Below, one piece after another: positions 38,951 through 51,395 of a DNA stretch of 64,000 bases. Origin of the DNA: Mobula hypostoma (lineage: Eukaryota); NCBI RefSeq assembly GCF_963921235.1, contig NC_086097.1:197162001-197226000 (forward strand). The letters run 5' to 3'. A program made the position numbers and the translations under genes. Position 1 is the stretch's first letter. Every line of letters starts with the position of its first letter. The notes under the pieces were generated by a model, which did no database searches, was not told the DNA's origin, and worked only from the letters and a program-made list of their open reading frames with translations.

Positions 38951-40469
38951 CCCTCCCCCTTCACAAGCTGTGGACCTGATCTGAGACTTCCCTGACCCTG
39001 GCACCTGGGAGGCAACATACCATTTAGGTGTCTCTATCGCATCAACAGAATCTCATGTCTGATCCTCCAACGATGGAATCTGCTATCGCTACCTCAGTCC
39101 TCTTCCTTTCTGAGCCACAATGCCAGACTGGGTGCCAGAGATCTATTTGCTGCAGTTCCCGCCCCCCCCCCCCCCCAGTAGGTTGTCCCCATCAATGGTA
39201 TACAAAATGGTATACTTACTATTGAGGAGAATACCCACAGTGCTACACAGTTCCCTGTCCTGGCAGTCACCAAGTTACCTGCCTCCCACAACTCAGTCCT
39301 TGGGATAATTCCAAAGATTTATTGAAATCTCTCCTTACTGAGGATTAAAGGCCTTCTATGAATTCTATGTACAGCCTCTTGTCTGCTAATGTTTTTTTTA
39401 GGGTGATTTGAAATGGGGAGAAGTGCTAGTTCTGATTTTTTTTGTTTTAGTACCCATGTCTGGGTTCTAGTGTGCTGCTGGCTAAGTGTGATAAAGCACA
39501 CTATAATTCAAGGCATAAGCTACTAATGAAGGAATTTGAGGATCAGTTTATGAAGATTGTAAAATATTCATTTCTGATCATCAATAGAAATTGTAGTCTC
39601 TGAGTAAGGTGGATGTTATGTGGGGACAACTGGATATTTTAAAAATCTGTTAAATAATGTAATGCTGGTTTCAGTTATGTGGCCTGTGACTGTCATTTAA
39701 TAGAAATACTTCTGATTCATACGTACCCTTTACCAGTTGATAGTTGCATCCTTAATATGACCTATGTGTCTCTAAAGACCTGTAATAGTGTTTGTGAAAA
39801 TACCAAGACATGCCACTCAGTTGGGAAATCACTTTTCCATCATTTTCAATTACCTCCTATTGGCAAGGCAGCTGTCCTGGAAAACATGAATTAGAAGAAT
39901 TTTTTTTTTTCTCCTTCTATTCACCAGATTCTGCATGACTTAATTGGTTTAAAATCAAAATGTCAAGTCTCATTGGCTCTTCAGGTGGCCTTGAATCACT
40001 TTGACAATACTCATGCCTATGCCAGGATTGACTACAGGGACTAGGAAGACCACAGTTGCAGAGACTTAAAGTTAAGACTCAGAGGTGCGAGGAGTTGTCA
40101 GTCCACTTGCTGCAGATGCAATAATGTCATAGTATTGATAGGAGTGAGTACTGCTCAGTCATTGTGGAAACAATTCCATATTCATGCTATTAGCTCTTGT
40201 GTATGATAATGCAAAGTTAGTTAATCAAATCTAGCAGCTCAGTACAAGAAATTTGTGATTCACTGTGGAATGTCAATAGGGACAGAATTGTAATCCCTAG
40301 TTTTAGTGTTTCAACCTTGGTAGAATAAGTATGGAAGATTATACCAATAAAAGCACCAGATGCCCCTAACAATAGATCACTGAGCAATAGAGCATAAAAA
40401 TATGTCCTCCAGTCTTCCATGTCTGCGAATGACCTTGATGCCAATCTAAGTAATCCATTCATTTAGAAT

Positions 40470-42250
40470 GTAAGGCATTGGATCAAGGGAAACATGGCTG
40501 CTTGGATTCAAAATTGCCTTGCACAAAGAAGGCCGAAGTTGGTAGCAGATGGAGTATGTTCTGACTGGGGATCAGTGACTAGTGTTGTCCACGGGGATCT
40601 GTTCTATGACTCCTGCTCTTTTGTGATTCTTTTTTATATATAAATGGCTTGGGCAAGGAAGTGGAAAGGCAGATGACATGAAGGTTCATAATGTTGTGGT
40701 AATGTAGAAGGATGTTATTAGTTGCAATAGAATATTGGCAGGATGCAAAGCTGGGCTGAGAAGTTGCAAAACATTAGGATAGGTAGTCTCTGGGATATAC
40801 CCCAGGTTACTATGAAAAACATGGGAAGAGATTGCTGCACCTTAGGCTATGATCTTTGAGCTGTCATTGGTCACTGGAATAGTACCAGATGATTGGAGAG
40901 CGACAGATGTTCTTGTTTTGAAAAATGGGAGTAGGGTAACACTGAGTGATTCTCAGTGGGGTGGGGGCAAATTATTGGAGAGATTTCTTAGATAGGATTT
41001 AAGAGTATTTGGAGAAGTCTTGTCTGATTAAGTATAATCAGCATGGCTTTGTGAAGGGCAAGTTGTGCCTCACAAGCCTAATTGAATTCTGAGTATGTGA
41101 CAAAACACGTTGATGAAACGAGAACAATGGATATGGTGTGTATCTATTTTAATAAGGAGTTCAGTCAGTTTCTCCATGGTTGGGTCATTCAGAAAGTCGG
41201 GAGGCATGGGCTCCGCCTGGCTGGGTGGATACAGAATTGCCTGACCAACAGAAGGCAGAGGGTGGTAGTAGATGGAGAATGTTATGCCTGGTGAACAGTG
41301 ATCACTGGTGTTCTACAGGGATCTGTTCTGGGACCCCTGCTCATTGTGAGTTTTATAAATGACTTGGATGAGTAAGTGGAAGTGTGGGTTAATAAGTTTG
41401 CAGATGACGCTTGCTTTGGTGGAGTTGTGGATAATGTGGAGGATTGTTGTCGATTATATCAGGACATTGACAAGATGCAGAGCTGGACTGAGAAGTGGCA
41501 GATGGAGTTAAGCCAGAAAAAGTGTGAAGAGGTTCATTTTCGAAGGTTGAACTTGAAGCCAGAATACACGGTTAATAGCTGGATTCTTAGCAGTCTTTTT
41601 TTTTGAAGGATTTACCCAGTTTATGTTTAGTGTCCACAGCTTTGGACTGGTTTTGGAGGACTCTGTGGTTTGTGTTGCATGTGTGTTTCTGGTTGCTCTT
41701 TTATTTTGCTATTTGTACGATTTGATTGGAGTACATCGGTGTGGACTGGTTCTGTGGCCTGCAGTCAACAAATGACAGAGCTAAGGTGAACTGAGCTAAA
41801 CTGAATACTCCTAGGTTGTTTGATATTGTGTGTGTTATTTGCTCGCTTTATGCCGTTTGCACAATTTGTTCTTTTTTTCCCCTCAAATATTGGGTGTTTG
41901 ATGTTTTCTTTTAAATGGGTTCCATTATGTTTTTGTTCCATGGCTGCCTGTGGGGTAACTAATCTGAACTGTATTCTGTATACATATGTTGAATCTTTGT
42001 CTTGAGGCACAGAGGGATCTTGGGATCCACGTTCATAGTTACTGTGCAAGTTGATAGGGTTGCTAAGAAGGTGTACGGTATGTTAGCCCACTTTAGTCAG
42101 GAGATTGAGTTCAAGATCCATGAGGTAATTAGGAGCATTTAAGAAAAATGGGGGGTTATGTTGGAGTGAAGGGTTAGATTAAGATTTGAGTAGGTTAAAA
42201 GGTCAGCACAACATCTTGGGCTGAAGGACCTGGACTGCACTGCAATTTTC
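40470..42250 (+). mobile_element. Degenerate CR1 fragments
   Basis: WIQNCLTNRRQRVVVDG and NKFADDA..GGVVD motifs. Confidence 0.65.
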
Positions 42251-42254
42251 TTTA

Positions 42255-42515
42255 TTTGGAGATATAGCACTGAACAGGCCCTTCTAGCCATGCTGCTTAG
42301 CAACCCACTGATTCAACCTCGCTTAATCATGGGACAAGTTACAATGACCAACCAAACGTTATGTCCTTGGATTGTGAGAGGAAACTGGGGCACCTGGAGG
42401 AAACACACTCACACAGGAAGTTACGTAACAACCTTTTTTTTTAAACAGAGGATGCTGATATCGAGTACTGCCCTAACTTGTAATGGTGTTGTGCTAATCG
42501 CTTTGCTACCATGCC
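42255..42515 (-). mobile_element. V-SINE-like element
   Basis: GGATTGTGAGAGGAAACTGGGGCACCTGGAGGAAAC is the reverse complement of the V-domain core also seen at ~59040-59080. Confidence 0.55.
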
Positions 42516-42631
42516 ATCCTATTTCTATGTGTAATGCTTTGCTTAGGATTTCTACTGTTATGCTGTAAGTATTTCAATTTTGCAGCTTCTGCAAAAGCAG
42601 TGTGTCTTGCTGGTAGAACATTTTGGTTTCA

Positions 42632-44082
42632 GCTAAAGAAGGTAGATAAGTCTCCTGGTCCTGATGGGGTGCATCCCAGGGTGCTGAAGGAATTGGCAGA
42701 GGTTATAATAGACGTGTTGGTAATCATTTATCAAAACTCTGTAGACTCTGGGCAGGTCCCAGCGGACTAGAAGATAGCAAATGTCACGCCACTTTTTAAA
42801 AAAGGATGTCGGCAAAAGACGGGCAATTCTCGGCCAATTAGCTTAACATCTGTAGTTGGGAAAATGCTTGAAGTTGTCATTAAGGAAGAAATAGCGAAAC
42901 ATTTAGAAAGGAGTGGTTCCATTAGACAGACTCAGCATGGATTCAGAAAGGGTAGGTCCTGTTTGACAAACTTACTGGAGTTCTTTGAGGACATAATAAG
43001 TGCAGTGGATAGAGGGGGACAGGTGGATGTTGTATACTTGGATTTCCAGAAGGCATTTGATAAGGTGCCACACAAGAAACTTACAAATAAGATATGGATG
43101 CATGGAGTTGGAGGAAGTGTATTGGCATGGATAGTAGATTGGTTAATGAATAGGCAGAGAGTTGGTATAAATGGGTGTTTCTCTGTTTGGCAGTCGGTGG
43201 TGAGTGGAGTGCCTCAGGTCAGTGCTGGGCCTGCAGCTGTTTACCTTTTACATTGATGATTTGGAAGAGGGGACTGAGTGTAGTGTAGCAAAATTTGCTG
43301 ATGACACTAAATTGAGTGGAAAAGCAAATTGTACAGAGGATGTGGAGAGTCTGCAGAGGGATATAGATAGGTTAACTAAGTGGACCAAGGTCTGGCAGAT
43401 GGAATACAATGTTGTTAAATGCGAGATCATCCACTTTGGAAGGAATTATAGAAGAGCAGATTATTATTTAAATGGTGAAAGATTGCAGCATGCTGTTGTG
43501 CAGAGGGACTTCGGAGTGCTTGTTCATGAATCGCAAAAAGTTGGCTTGCAGGTACAACAGGTTATTAAGAAGGCAAACGGAATGTTGGCCTTCATTGCTA
43601 GAGGGATTGAATTCAAGAGCAGGGAGGTCATGCTGCAACTATACAGGGTATTGGTGAGGCCGCACCTGGAGTACTGTATGCAGTTCTGGTCTCCTTACTT
43701 GAGGCAGTACTCCATACTGGCTTTGGAGGCAGTGCAGAGGAGGTTCACTAGGTTGATTCCAGGTATGAAGGGGTTAACCTATCTCCTGTTCAGAACATTC
43801 TTGCATTGTAGTTGCTGGCCTCCTCGTTTTTGGGTACCACTGGACAGTTGGCCATACAAGGTGTCCTTGGGCAGTCTTCCGTCAGGCATTCTGACAACAT
43901 GTCCTACCCAGAAGGAACAGATAGGTTTTTATATAGTAAGGGAATTACGGGTTATGGGGAAAAGGCAGGCATATGGAGCTGAGTTTATGGACAGATCAGC
44001 CATGATCTTATTGAATGGCAGGGCAGGCTCGATGGGCCGGATGGCCTACTCCTGCTCCTATTATGTTCTTATATTCTTATGA
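42632..44082 (+). mobile_element. 5'-truncated CR1 RT fragment
   Basis: KSPGPDGVHPRVLKE, QHGFRKGRSCLTNLLEFF, DFQKAFDKVPH, KFADDTK; tail TATGTTCTTATATTCTTATG. Confidence 0.88.
43782..43910 (-). mobile_element. RTE-clade LINE C-terminal fragment embedded in the CR1
   Basis: Minus strand translates WVGHVVRMPDGRLPKDTLYGQLSSGTQKRGGQ, the RTE post-RT motif. Confidence 0.8.
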
Positions 44083-46256
44083 TGTTCAACTTTGTGTCAG
44101 ACAATCAGGGTTGTGGAATTGGTAACAGGTTTAAGAGAGTGCTGAACGGAAAGAGATTTGTGATGGACACTGGTGGGGTTTGTAGTCTTTTTGGTGGGAG
44201 CTGTGAAGAGGACAGGAGGGAAGATGGCTAAGAATGCCATGGGAAGAAGTGTCCCTGTTGCATGACGTGCTTTGTGCAAATGAATGGCTCCAAGGAGGAA
44301 GGGCCAATACTCCCGAGAGAGAGCCCTTTTGTCCAAAATGAATTTTGAGAGTAATTCGGAGTGTGCGTGCTTTCACGCAGACTATGGATCCAATGCATGA
44401 GTAAAAAGACAACTTAAGTTGAACTATAACTTTATGTGCACGTTGGATTGGGTTGACTGAAGTGGCCCCTTTTTTGCTTTTTCTTTTTCCTACTAACTGT
44501 TCAATAAAGCTGGAATTTGTGAAAGTACTTTCTTTATAATTTTATGTGGTGTACGATCTGTTATTTTTTTTGCCAACCGACAGTTCTGTATGGGCAGTAT
44601 TTACACAACACTGGCTCAAATTGAGGTTTTTTTTAATTAGAAAACCACGACATTCCTGTTTGGCTGAACCCCAAATCATACCGACCTGAGAAGTATATTG
44701 TTAATGAAAGGTGGCCTTCTCACCGCTGAGTCCTTTGGCTGTTAGCAGAGCCGGCTAATGAGCCTGGTGAAGGGGTTATGTCTTTTAAGATTGAGAAGCA
44801 TGAACAGTAGGTAGTCAATATCTTTTTCCGAGGGTTGATTGTCTAATACAAGAGGGCATGCATTTAAGGTAAGGAAGGGGTGGGAGAAGTTCAAGGAAGA
44901 TGTATGCAGCAAGTTTTTTTTAAGAGTGGTGGGTACATGGGGTGGTGTAGGCAAGTATGATGGGTGTATGGAGGAAATGCAAGAATATAGATTTTGTGTA
45001 GGCAGACCCTTCTGTTCAATAGTTCAACTCGTTTGGCAAAACGTGGGCTGAAGTGTGTTCTATGTATATCTGTACAGTTGCAATACTACTATGACACTGT
45101 AATTTCCTTTGGCATCAATGAAGTATCTATCTACCTACTCCTTCTAAAATCCTTGCACCATTGTTGGTCTATATCAAGGGTTCCCAACCTGAGGTCCATG
45201 GACGCTTTACTTAATAGAAACATAGAAAACCTATAGCACAATAAAGGCCCTTTGGTCCACAATGCTGTGCCGAACATGTTCTTGCTTTAGAAATTACCTG
45301 GGGTTACCCATAGCCCTCTATTTTTCTAAGCTCCATGTACCTAGGCAGGAGTCTCTTAAAAGACCCTATCGTATCCGTCTTCACCACTGTCACCAGCAAT
45401 CCCTTCCATGCACTCACCACTCACTGCGTTTTTTAAAAAAAACTTACCCCTGACTTCTCTGTATCTACTTCCAAGCACCTCAGAACTGTGCCCCCTTGTG
45501 TTAGCTATTTCAGCCCTGGGGAAAAAGCCTCCGACTCTCCACATGATCAGTGCCGCTCATCATCTTGTACACCTCTATCAGGTCACCTCTCATCCTCCAT
45601 CACTCCAAGGAGAGAAGGCCATGTTCACTCAACCTATTCTCAGAAGGCATGCTCCCCAATCCAGGCAACGTCCTTGTAAATCTCCTCTGCATCCTTTCTA
45701 TAGTTTCTTTTTTTTTTATTTTATTTTTATTTGGATAAGGAATTCACAATTATCATGTACTTTTTTCACACATATAACCTTTTCCATTTTTTTATATGTA
45801 TAAAACTACAATTATTTATACATTCTTAAGTACACATTGAGATGATATAAAAGGAAAATAAACATTTAAATAGATAATTATGTACTGTGGTAAATCTAAC
45901 CTATTAGGCTAAGTAATGAAATTAGTTGTTAAGAAAAATGGTAATAATAGTTTCCATACAACCCTTCTGGACCATTTCCACTGGTCCAAAATGTTGCATA
46001 CAAGCCTATATACCAACCATTGTAGGTGTTTATATCCCAATTTGTTCGTGCTTGTTCCTGCCCGCAGACATAATTATCCAATCCCTATGTACCTATTTAC
46101 TTAATTTTTTCATTTTTTTTATCCCTTTCCCAAATCTTTCCCTTTACTTGTGTTAATTCTCTATTTTCCAAAAAACAACAAACATTTAGACTAGGGGTGC
46201 TTACGTTAGCAATATTACTGTGTTGATGAGAAGAGCAATATAAATCATTAGGAGAG

Positions 46257-49200
46257 TCATCTAAAGTCTGCTCGCATTGGGGTTATATATTCAATCCATT
46301 TATTCCAGATTTGATAAAATGTTTCTTTTTGAGTTCTCAGGGAGTAAGTCAACTTTTCCATTTTAAATATTTCCAAGATAATTTCGTACCAATCTTCTAA
46401 TGTAGGTGGTATTGGATTTAGCCATTTTCTAGTGATTGATTTCTTGCTTGCCGCTAAGAGGGCCTGCAGCAACTTTATATCTTCCTTCTGTTCAAGGAAC
46501 AATACATGCCCCAAATAGAGCGTCTCAAAGTTCAGAGGTATCTGGGACCTAAGTACCTTAACTAATATTCCATGAATACCTTCCCAAAATAGACTTAATT
46601 TAGGGCAATCCCAGAAAATATGAAAATGATTTGCCTCCTTGGAGCCGCACCTTCTCCAACACATCACATTTGTATCTTTATATTTTTCCTGATATGGGGT
46701 CTTGAAGTATCTTATAATGTTTTTCCAACAATGTTCTCTCCAAGTCAAAGAATTAGTCGAGGACCATTGAAAGCTGCAGATTTTCCCCCACGCCTCCTCT
46801 GAAAGTACTAACCCCGCTTCTTTCTCCCACTTCTCTTTAATATACAGTGTATTTACATTTTTAGCATGGGAGAGTGCATTATATAGGCGAGAAACTGATT
46901 TACTAGGTATTGAACTGCAAGCCGAATTCAGAATCTTGAAAAATTCTAATTCTACTGTTGATAGGTCTGTATATCTACAACTCTGGTTAACATAGTTTCG
47001 TATTTGAAGGTACCTAAAAAAGTCATTATGTTCTAGGCCATGTTTGTCCTGCAGGATTTGGAAACTTATGTAATACTCTTTTATCTATAAATGAGAGGTA
47101 GGTTGTAAGACCTTTCTTTATCCATAGCTCAAATCTTTTATCTCCTCTGTTGGGAAGGAATTCGGTATCATATGCACAGCATCTAAAGAGTTTTAACATG
47201 TTATTAATTCCACATGAATTAACCACCTTCTGCCATACTTTTAATGTAAGATTTATCCAAGCATTATTAAATTTTTCCAACTGGGCCATCAATCCTTTGT
47301 CAGCTATTGAGGCCTGAAGAGGAAAACTGTCAACTAATCCAAATTCTATTTCCTTCCATCTAGCCTTATATTCCCTATTACACCAATATAACAGAGGGGT
47401 TATCTGTGAGGCATAAAAATAAGTTCTCAGGCAAGGAAGAACCATACCTCCTCCTTCCTTCCCTAACTGTAAGGTGTTATATCGAATTCTAGGTTTCCTT
47501 CCTTGCCAAATGAAGCGGGAAATCCATTTGTCCCATTCCCTGAATTAATTATCATCCACCTCCACTGGTAAAGTACGGAAAAGATATAATAACAGAGGAA
47601 GAATATTCATTTTTGTAGTATTTATCCTTGAATTTAAACTTAAAAAGGGGATAAGATTCCATCTATGCATATCTGCTTTTATCTCTGAGATTAATGGCCC
47701 ATAATTTACCTGTGACAGTGTTGAAAGATCCTTCGGCAGGGTTATTCCTAAATATTTTAATGATTTAGCTTCCCACTTAAGATCGTATGTATCCTGCAAT
47801 TTTTTGGATGGTGTATAATTTAGGGACATAACCTGCGTTTTCTTTACATTTATTTTATAACCTGATATTTTCCCAAAGTCATCCAACAGTGTAAACAATC
47901 CTATAAATGATTTTTCTGGTTCACTCAGATAGACCAAAACATCACCTGCGAATAACGCCACTTTCTGTTCAATCCCTGCCACCTTGATACCTTTTATGAT
48001 TTTGCTCTGTCTTATTAGTTGGGCAAGTGGTTCAATATATTGCGCAAAAAGGAGAGGAGAAATTGGGCATCCCTGTCTAGTGCCTCTCTCTAAAATGAAG
48101 GAGTCAGAGAGGTCCCCATTTATCTTAATTCGGGCTGTAGGGCTGTCATATAGAGTCTGAATTACTTTAATAAACCTTTCTTGAAAGCCGAATCTTCCTA
48201 ACACTCTGTATAGTAATGCCCAACTAACCGAATCAAAAGCTTTCTCAGCGTCCAATCCTACTACCATTGTCTCTGTCTCGTTCTTATTAACCTGTTCTAA
48301 TATGTGCAGAGTTCTCCTTATGTTGTCCTGTGTTTGTCTTTGTTGAATAAATCCAGTCTGGTCTAAATGGATTAGGCCAGGTAAAAGCTTTTCCAATCTG
48401 CGCGCTAATATAGATGTAAATAGTTTGTAATCTAAATTAAGAACACTAATTGGCCGATAATTGCCACATTCTAGTTTATCTTTACCCTCTTTAGGAATAA
48501 CTGAAATAATCGCTTCTCTCCAGGAAGGTGGAGTTTCTCCTCTCTGCAAGATCCAATTAAAGGTGTTAAGTAGTAATGGGGCTAACTGTGTCTTCAGGGA
48601 CTTGTACCACTCTGAGGTAAACCCATCAGAACCCGGGGACTTTCCAGCCTTTAACCTAGAGATGGCCACGTTCAGTTCTTTGACAGTTACTGGTTCTAAT
48701 AAACTTTCATTTTGTAAATCTGTAAGTTTAGGTAGATCTAAAAAATTCAATACACTGTCTATATAGGGCTCATTGGAGGCCCGGGGTTGGGAGTGCAGCT
48801 CTCGATAATATGTTTCAAAACTCTCTTGAATTTTCCCTATTGTACTCTCCACAAGCTTTGTCTTTGGATTCTTTATTTTATGAATTGTATTGTCTGCTTG
48901 TTGTTTTGGTAAGTCATATGCTAATAATCTAGCTGATTTACCTCCTACTTCATAATTCTTTTGTCTCGGGTAAAGAAAATTTCTTTGAGTTTCCAACGTA
49001 TAAATATCATCAATTTCACTTTGCAATTTCCTAATTTCCTGTTTTCGATTTGAATTACTTTTGTTGCTATCTACAACTTGAAGTTGTTTTAATTTTCCTT
49101 GAAGGTCTGCTAATTTTTGTGCATTGATTTTTTTCATGTGAGTAGTAATGGAAATAATTTTCCCTCTCAGTACAGCTTTCAACGTATCCCATAAAATCAC

Positions 49201-50046
49201 TGGTGATGTTTCTCCCGTGTCAGTAAGGTCTAGATATTCTTTGATTTCTCCCCTTAATCTCTCCATTACTTTCGGGTTACTGAGTATATGTGAGTTTAGC
49301 CTCCATAGTGTTTTCCTCATTTTCCTTTCCAGGATTAGAGACATAGAGACTGGGCTATGATCGGACAGATCAATTGTTGCAATATTACAGTTTTTTATCC
49401 TGAGTCTATCTGTATTAAAGATAAAGAAATAGTCTATCCTTGAATAGGCTGAATGAGGGAAAGAGTAATATGTATAATCTTTACCAGTAGGGTGTAATTC
49501 CCTCCAGACATCTATAATTCCCAACTCCTCCATCAATGAATTCACTTTCCGAGTCAGAGGTTTATTCTGAGTAACTATTCTTGAAGAATCTAATATAGGA
49601 TTTAATCTAATATTAAGATCCCCTCCACAAATTACTACCCCTCGAGAACTGACCATTAGGTCAAAAATGTGTCTATAAAATGACCATTCACTACCTGGAG
49701 GAGCATAAACATTCAGCAATGTTATTTCTGTACCTTCTATTCTTCCTGTGGGTTTTACAAACTGTCCTTCTTTGTCTCTAGTCTCTGAAATATGTTCATA
49801 ATTAAGAATACTTGATATTAAAGTAGCTACCCCTCTTTTGTGACTCAATTTATATGATGAATAAAATACATGCTTAAAGCCCATTCTTTTTAATTTTCCA
49901 TGTTCAGATTGGCTCATATGTGTTTCCTGGAGAAAAGCTATTTGTGCCCTCTCTTTTTTCAATTTAGACATAATCTTATTTCTTTTAATTGGATTCAAAA
50001 CCCCATTAACATTATAGGAAATTATTTTTACCAATTCAGTTTGCAT
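46257..50046 (-). pseudogene. L1 ORF2 (APE endonuclease, RT, CCHC knuckle), disrupted
   Basis: SYNVNG, LQETH, SRIDY, SDH, GTRQGCPISPLLF, CWRRC...HIFWDC; in-frame TAA at 47545-47547, frameshift near 47070, catalytic FADD changed to FAGD. Confidence 0.92.
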
Positions 50047-50360
50047 TTTTCTCTAGTAGAAAAAAAACTCTCTCCTTTTCTAACCAAACAGTAAGCAATC
50101 CCTTCTCAACAGTAAACCAAGACATATAACCACACCCTAGACATTTCTGAACGTGTAACATTTGAAAATTTTTCCCGACTTCCCACAGTGAGGCCTGAGC
50201 ACCGACCCGCCTCAGTTCAGAGGGATAACCTCTATCTTCACCCTGTGTTAGAGGGCCCTCAGCAGTTTGAATAATCATAGAGAATTTTCTCCTATTTATG
50301 TCTCGACCATATTGCTATCATTCAAGTTATTCCGCCTAGTTTATTTTCAGTTACCAGTTT

Positions 50361-51395
50361 TCATTTTACTTTTAAGTCCGATTTACTCTTTTCAGTCATT
50401 TCTCTTAATTCGTCTGTATTCTCTGTACATTCGCGTCTGAATATTTGCAGCTTTTCCTTGTAGTTTGACACTCTGGTTCGAGTGGAGCGTCCTCGCCCCA
50501 CTAACTGCCACGACTTCTGCCGAATCCTCTCCAGTAGCGACTCCGGTTGGGTGATAACTTTAATAGGTAGTCCCCGGTCCGCCAGGTCCAATGTTGCCTC
50601 CTCCACCGTAGCGTAAGTTTTTGTCCCTTCGTCGTAAAAGACTCTCAGCCGAGCTGGATACAGGGTCTGGAATCTGATGTTGTTTTCCTTCAGGACTCTC
50701 CGTGTTTCCGTATATTCCTTCTGTCTGGCAAGAATCCCCGGTGCGTAGTCGTGGTCTAAACTGATTTTGCAGTTGTTCCACATGAAACCTTTCTTTTGCC
50801 ATGCTCTTTTAAGCACCTCTTCCTTCGTTCTGTAACTGAGAAATCTGATCAGAATCGATCTGGGCTGGGCGCCTGCCGGAGGCTGTGGTGCCAACGCGCG
50901 GTGAGCCCTTTCTATCTGTAGGTCTTTTGCGGCTGGTATATCAAGGTTCTCTCTAAGCAGCTTCTCCACGAAGGGAATCATCAATCCGGGTTTACCTTCG
51001 GTTCCTTCGGGAACTCCGTAGATCCTCACATTTTCCCTTCTCGAGCGGCCTTCTTGATCTATTAGTTTCCACTGGAGCTGGTCTTGTAGCTTCAGCATTT
51101 CTGCTATCACTTCCTCGGCGTTTTGTAGCTTCTCTTCAATTCCAACAATCCTCGTTTCGGCTTCATCTATCCGCGAGCTAGTTTTTACTATTTCTTCTTT
51201 AATATCTTCCAGCTGTTTGCTGTTATCTTGTCGGAACTCGCGAATCTCTCCGAGAATCAAAGACAGAGTCACCGATTCCCCCTCATTATCTCCGTCCTGG
51301 CTTGCCATGGGGGAGCTAGGCCCGTCGCCTTGCTGCATCTCTTTATGTTTATCAGCCTTCGAAGCGGACTTTTTATTCTTGTTCTTAGACATCAT
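50361..51395 (-). CDS. L1 ORF1p (coiled coil, RRM, CTD), 344 aa, open
   Basis: EGRSRRENVRIYGVPEG, IERAHR, PRSILIRFL, LYPARLRV are L1 ORF1p motifs. Confidence 0.9.
   Translation of the reverse strand: MMSKNKNKKSASKADKHKEMQQGDGPSSPMASQDGDNEGESVTLSLILGEIREFRQDNSKQLEDIKEEIVKTSSRIDEAETRIVGIEEKLQNAEEVIAEMLKLQDQLQWKLIDQEGRSRRENVRIYGVPEGTEGKPGLMIPFVEKLLRENLDIPAAKDLQIERAHRALAPQPPAGAQPRSILIRFLSYRTKEEVLKRAWQKKGFMWNNCKISLDHDYAPGILARQKEYTETRRVLKENNIRFQTLYPARLRVFYDEGTKTYATVEEATLDLADRGLPIKVITQPESLLERIRQKSWQLVGRGRSTRTRVSNYKEKLQIFRRECTENTDELREMTEKSKSDLKVK

Noticed and set aside
44085..44790. Possible additional LTR or leader sequence (AATAAA ~44503)
   Set aside because: Could not define TG...CA termini, a TSD or a primer-binding site.
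50036..50278. 80-aa ORF between L1 ORF1 and ORF2 as a third L1 gene
   Set aside because: No motif support; conservation cannot be judged from one copy.
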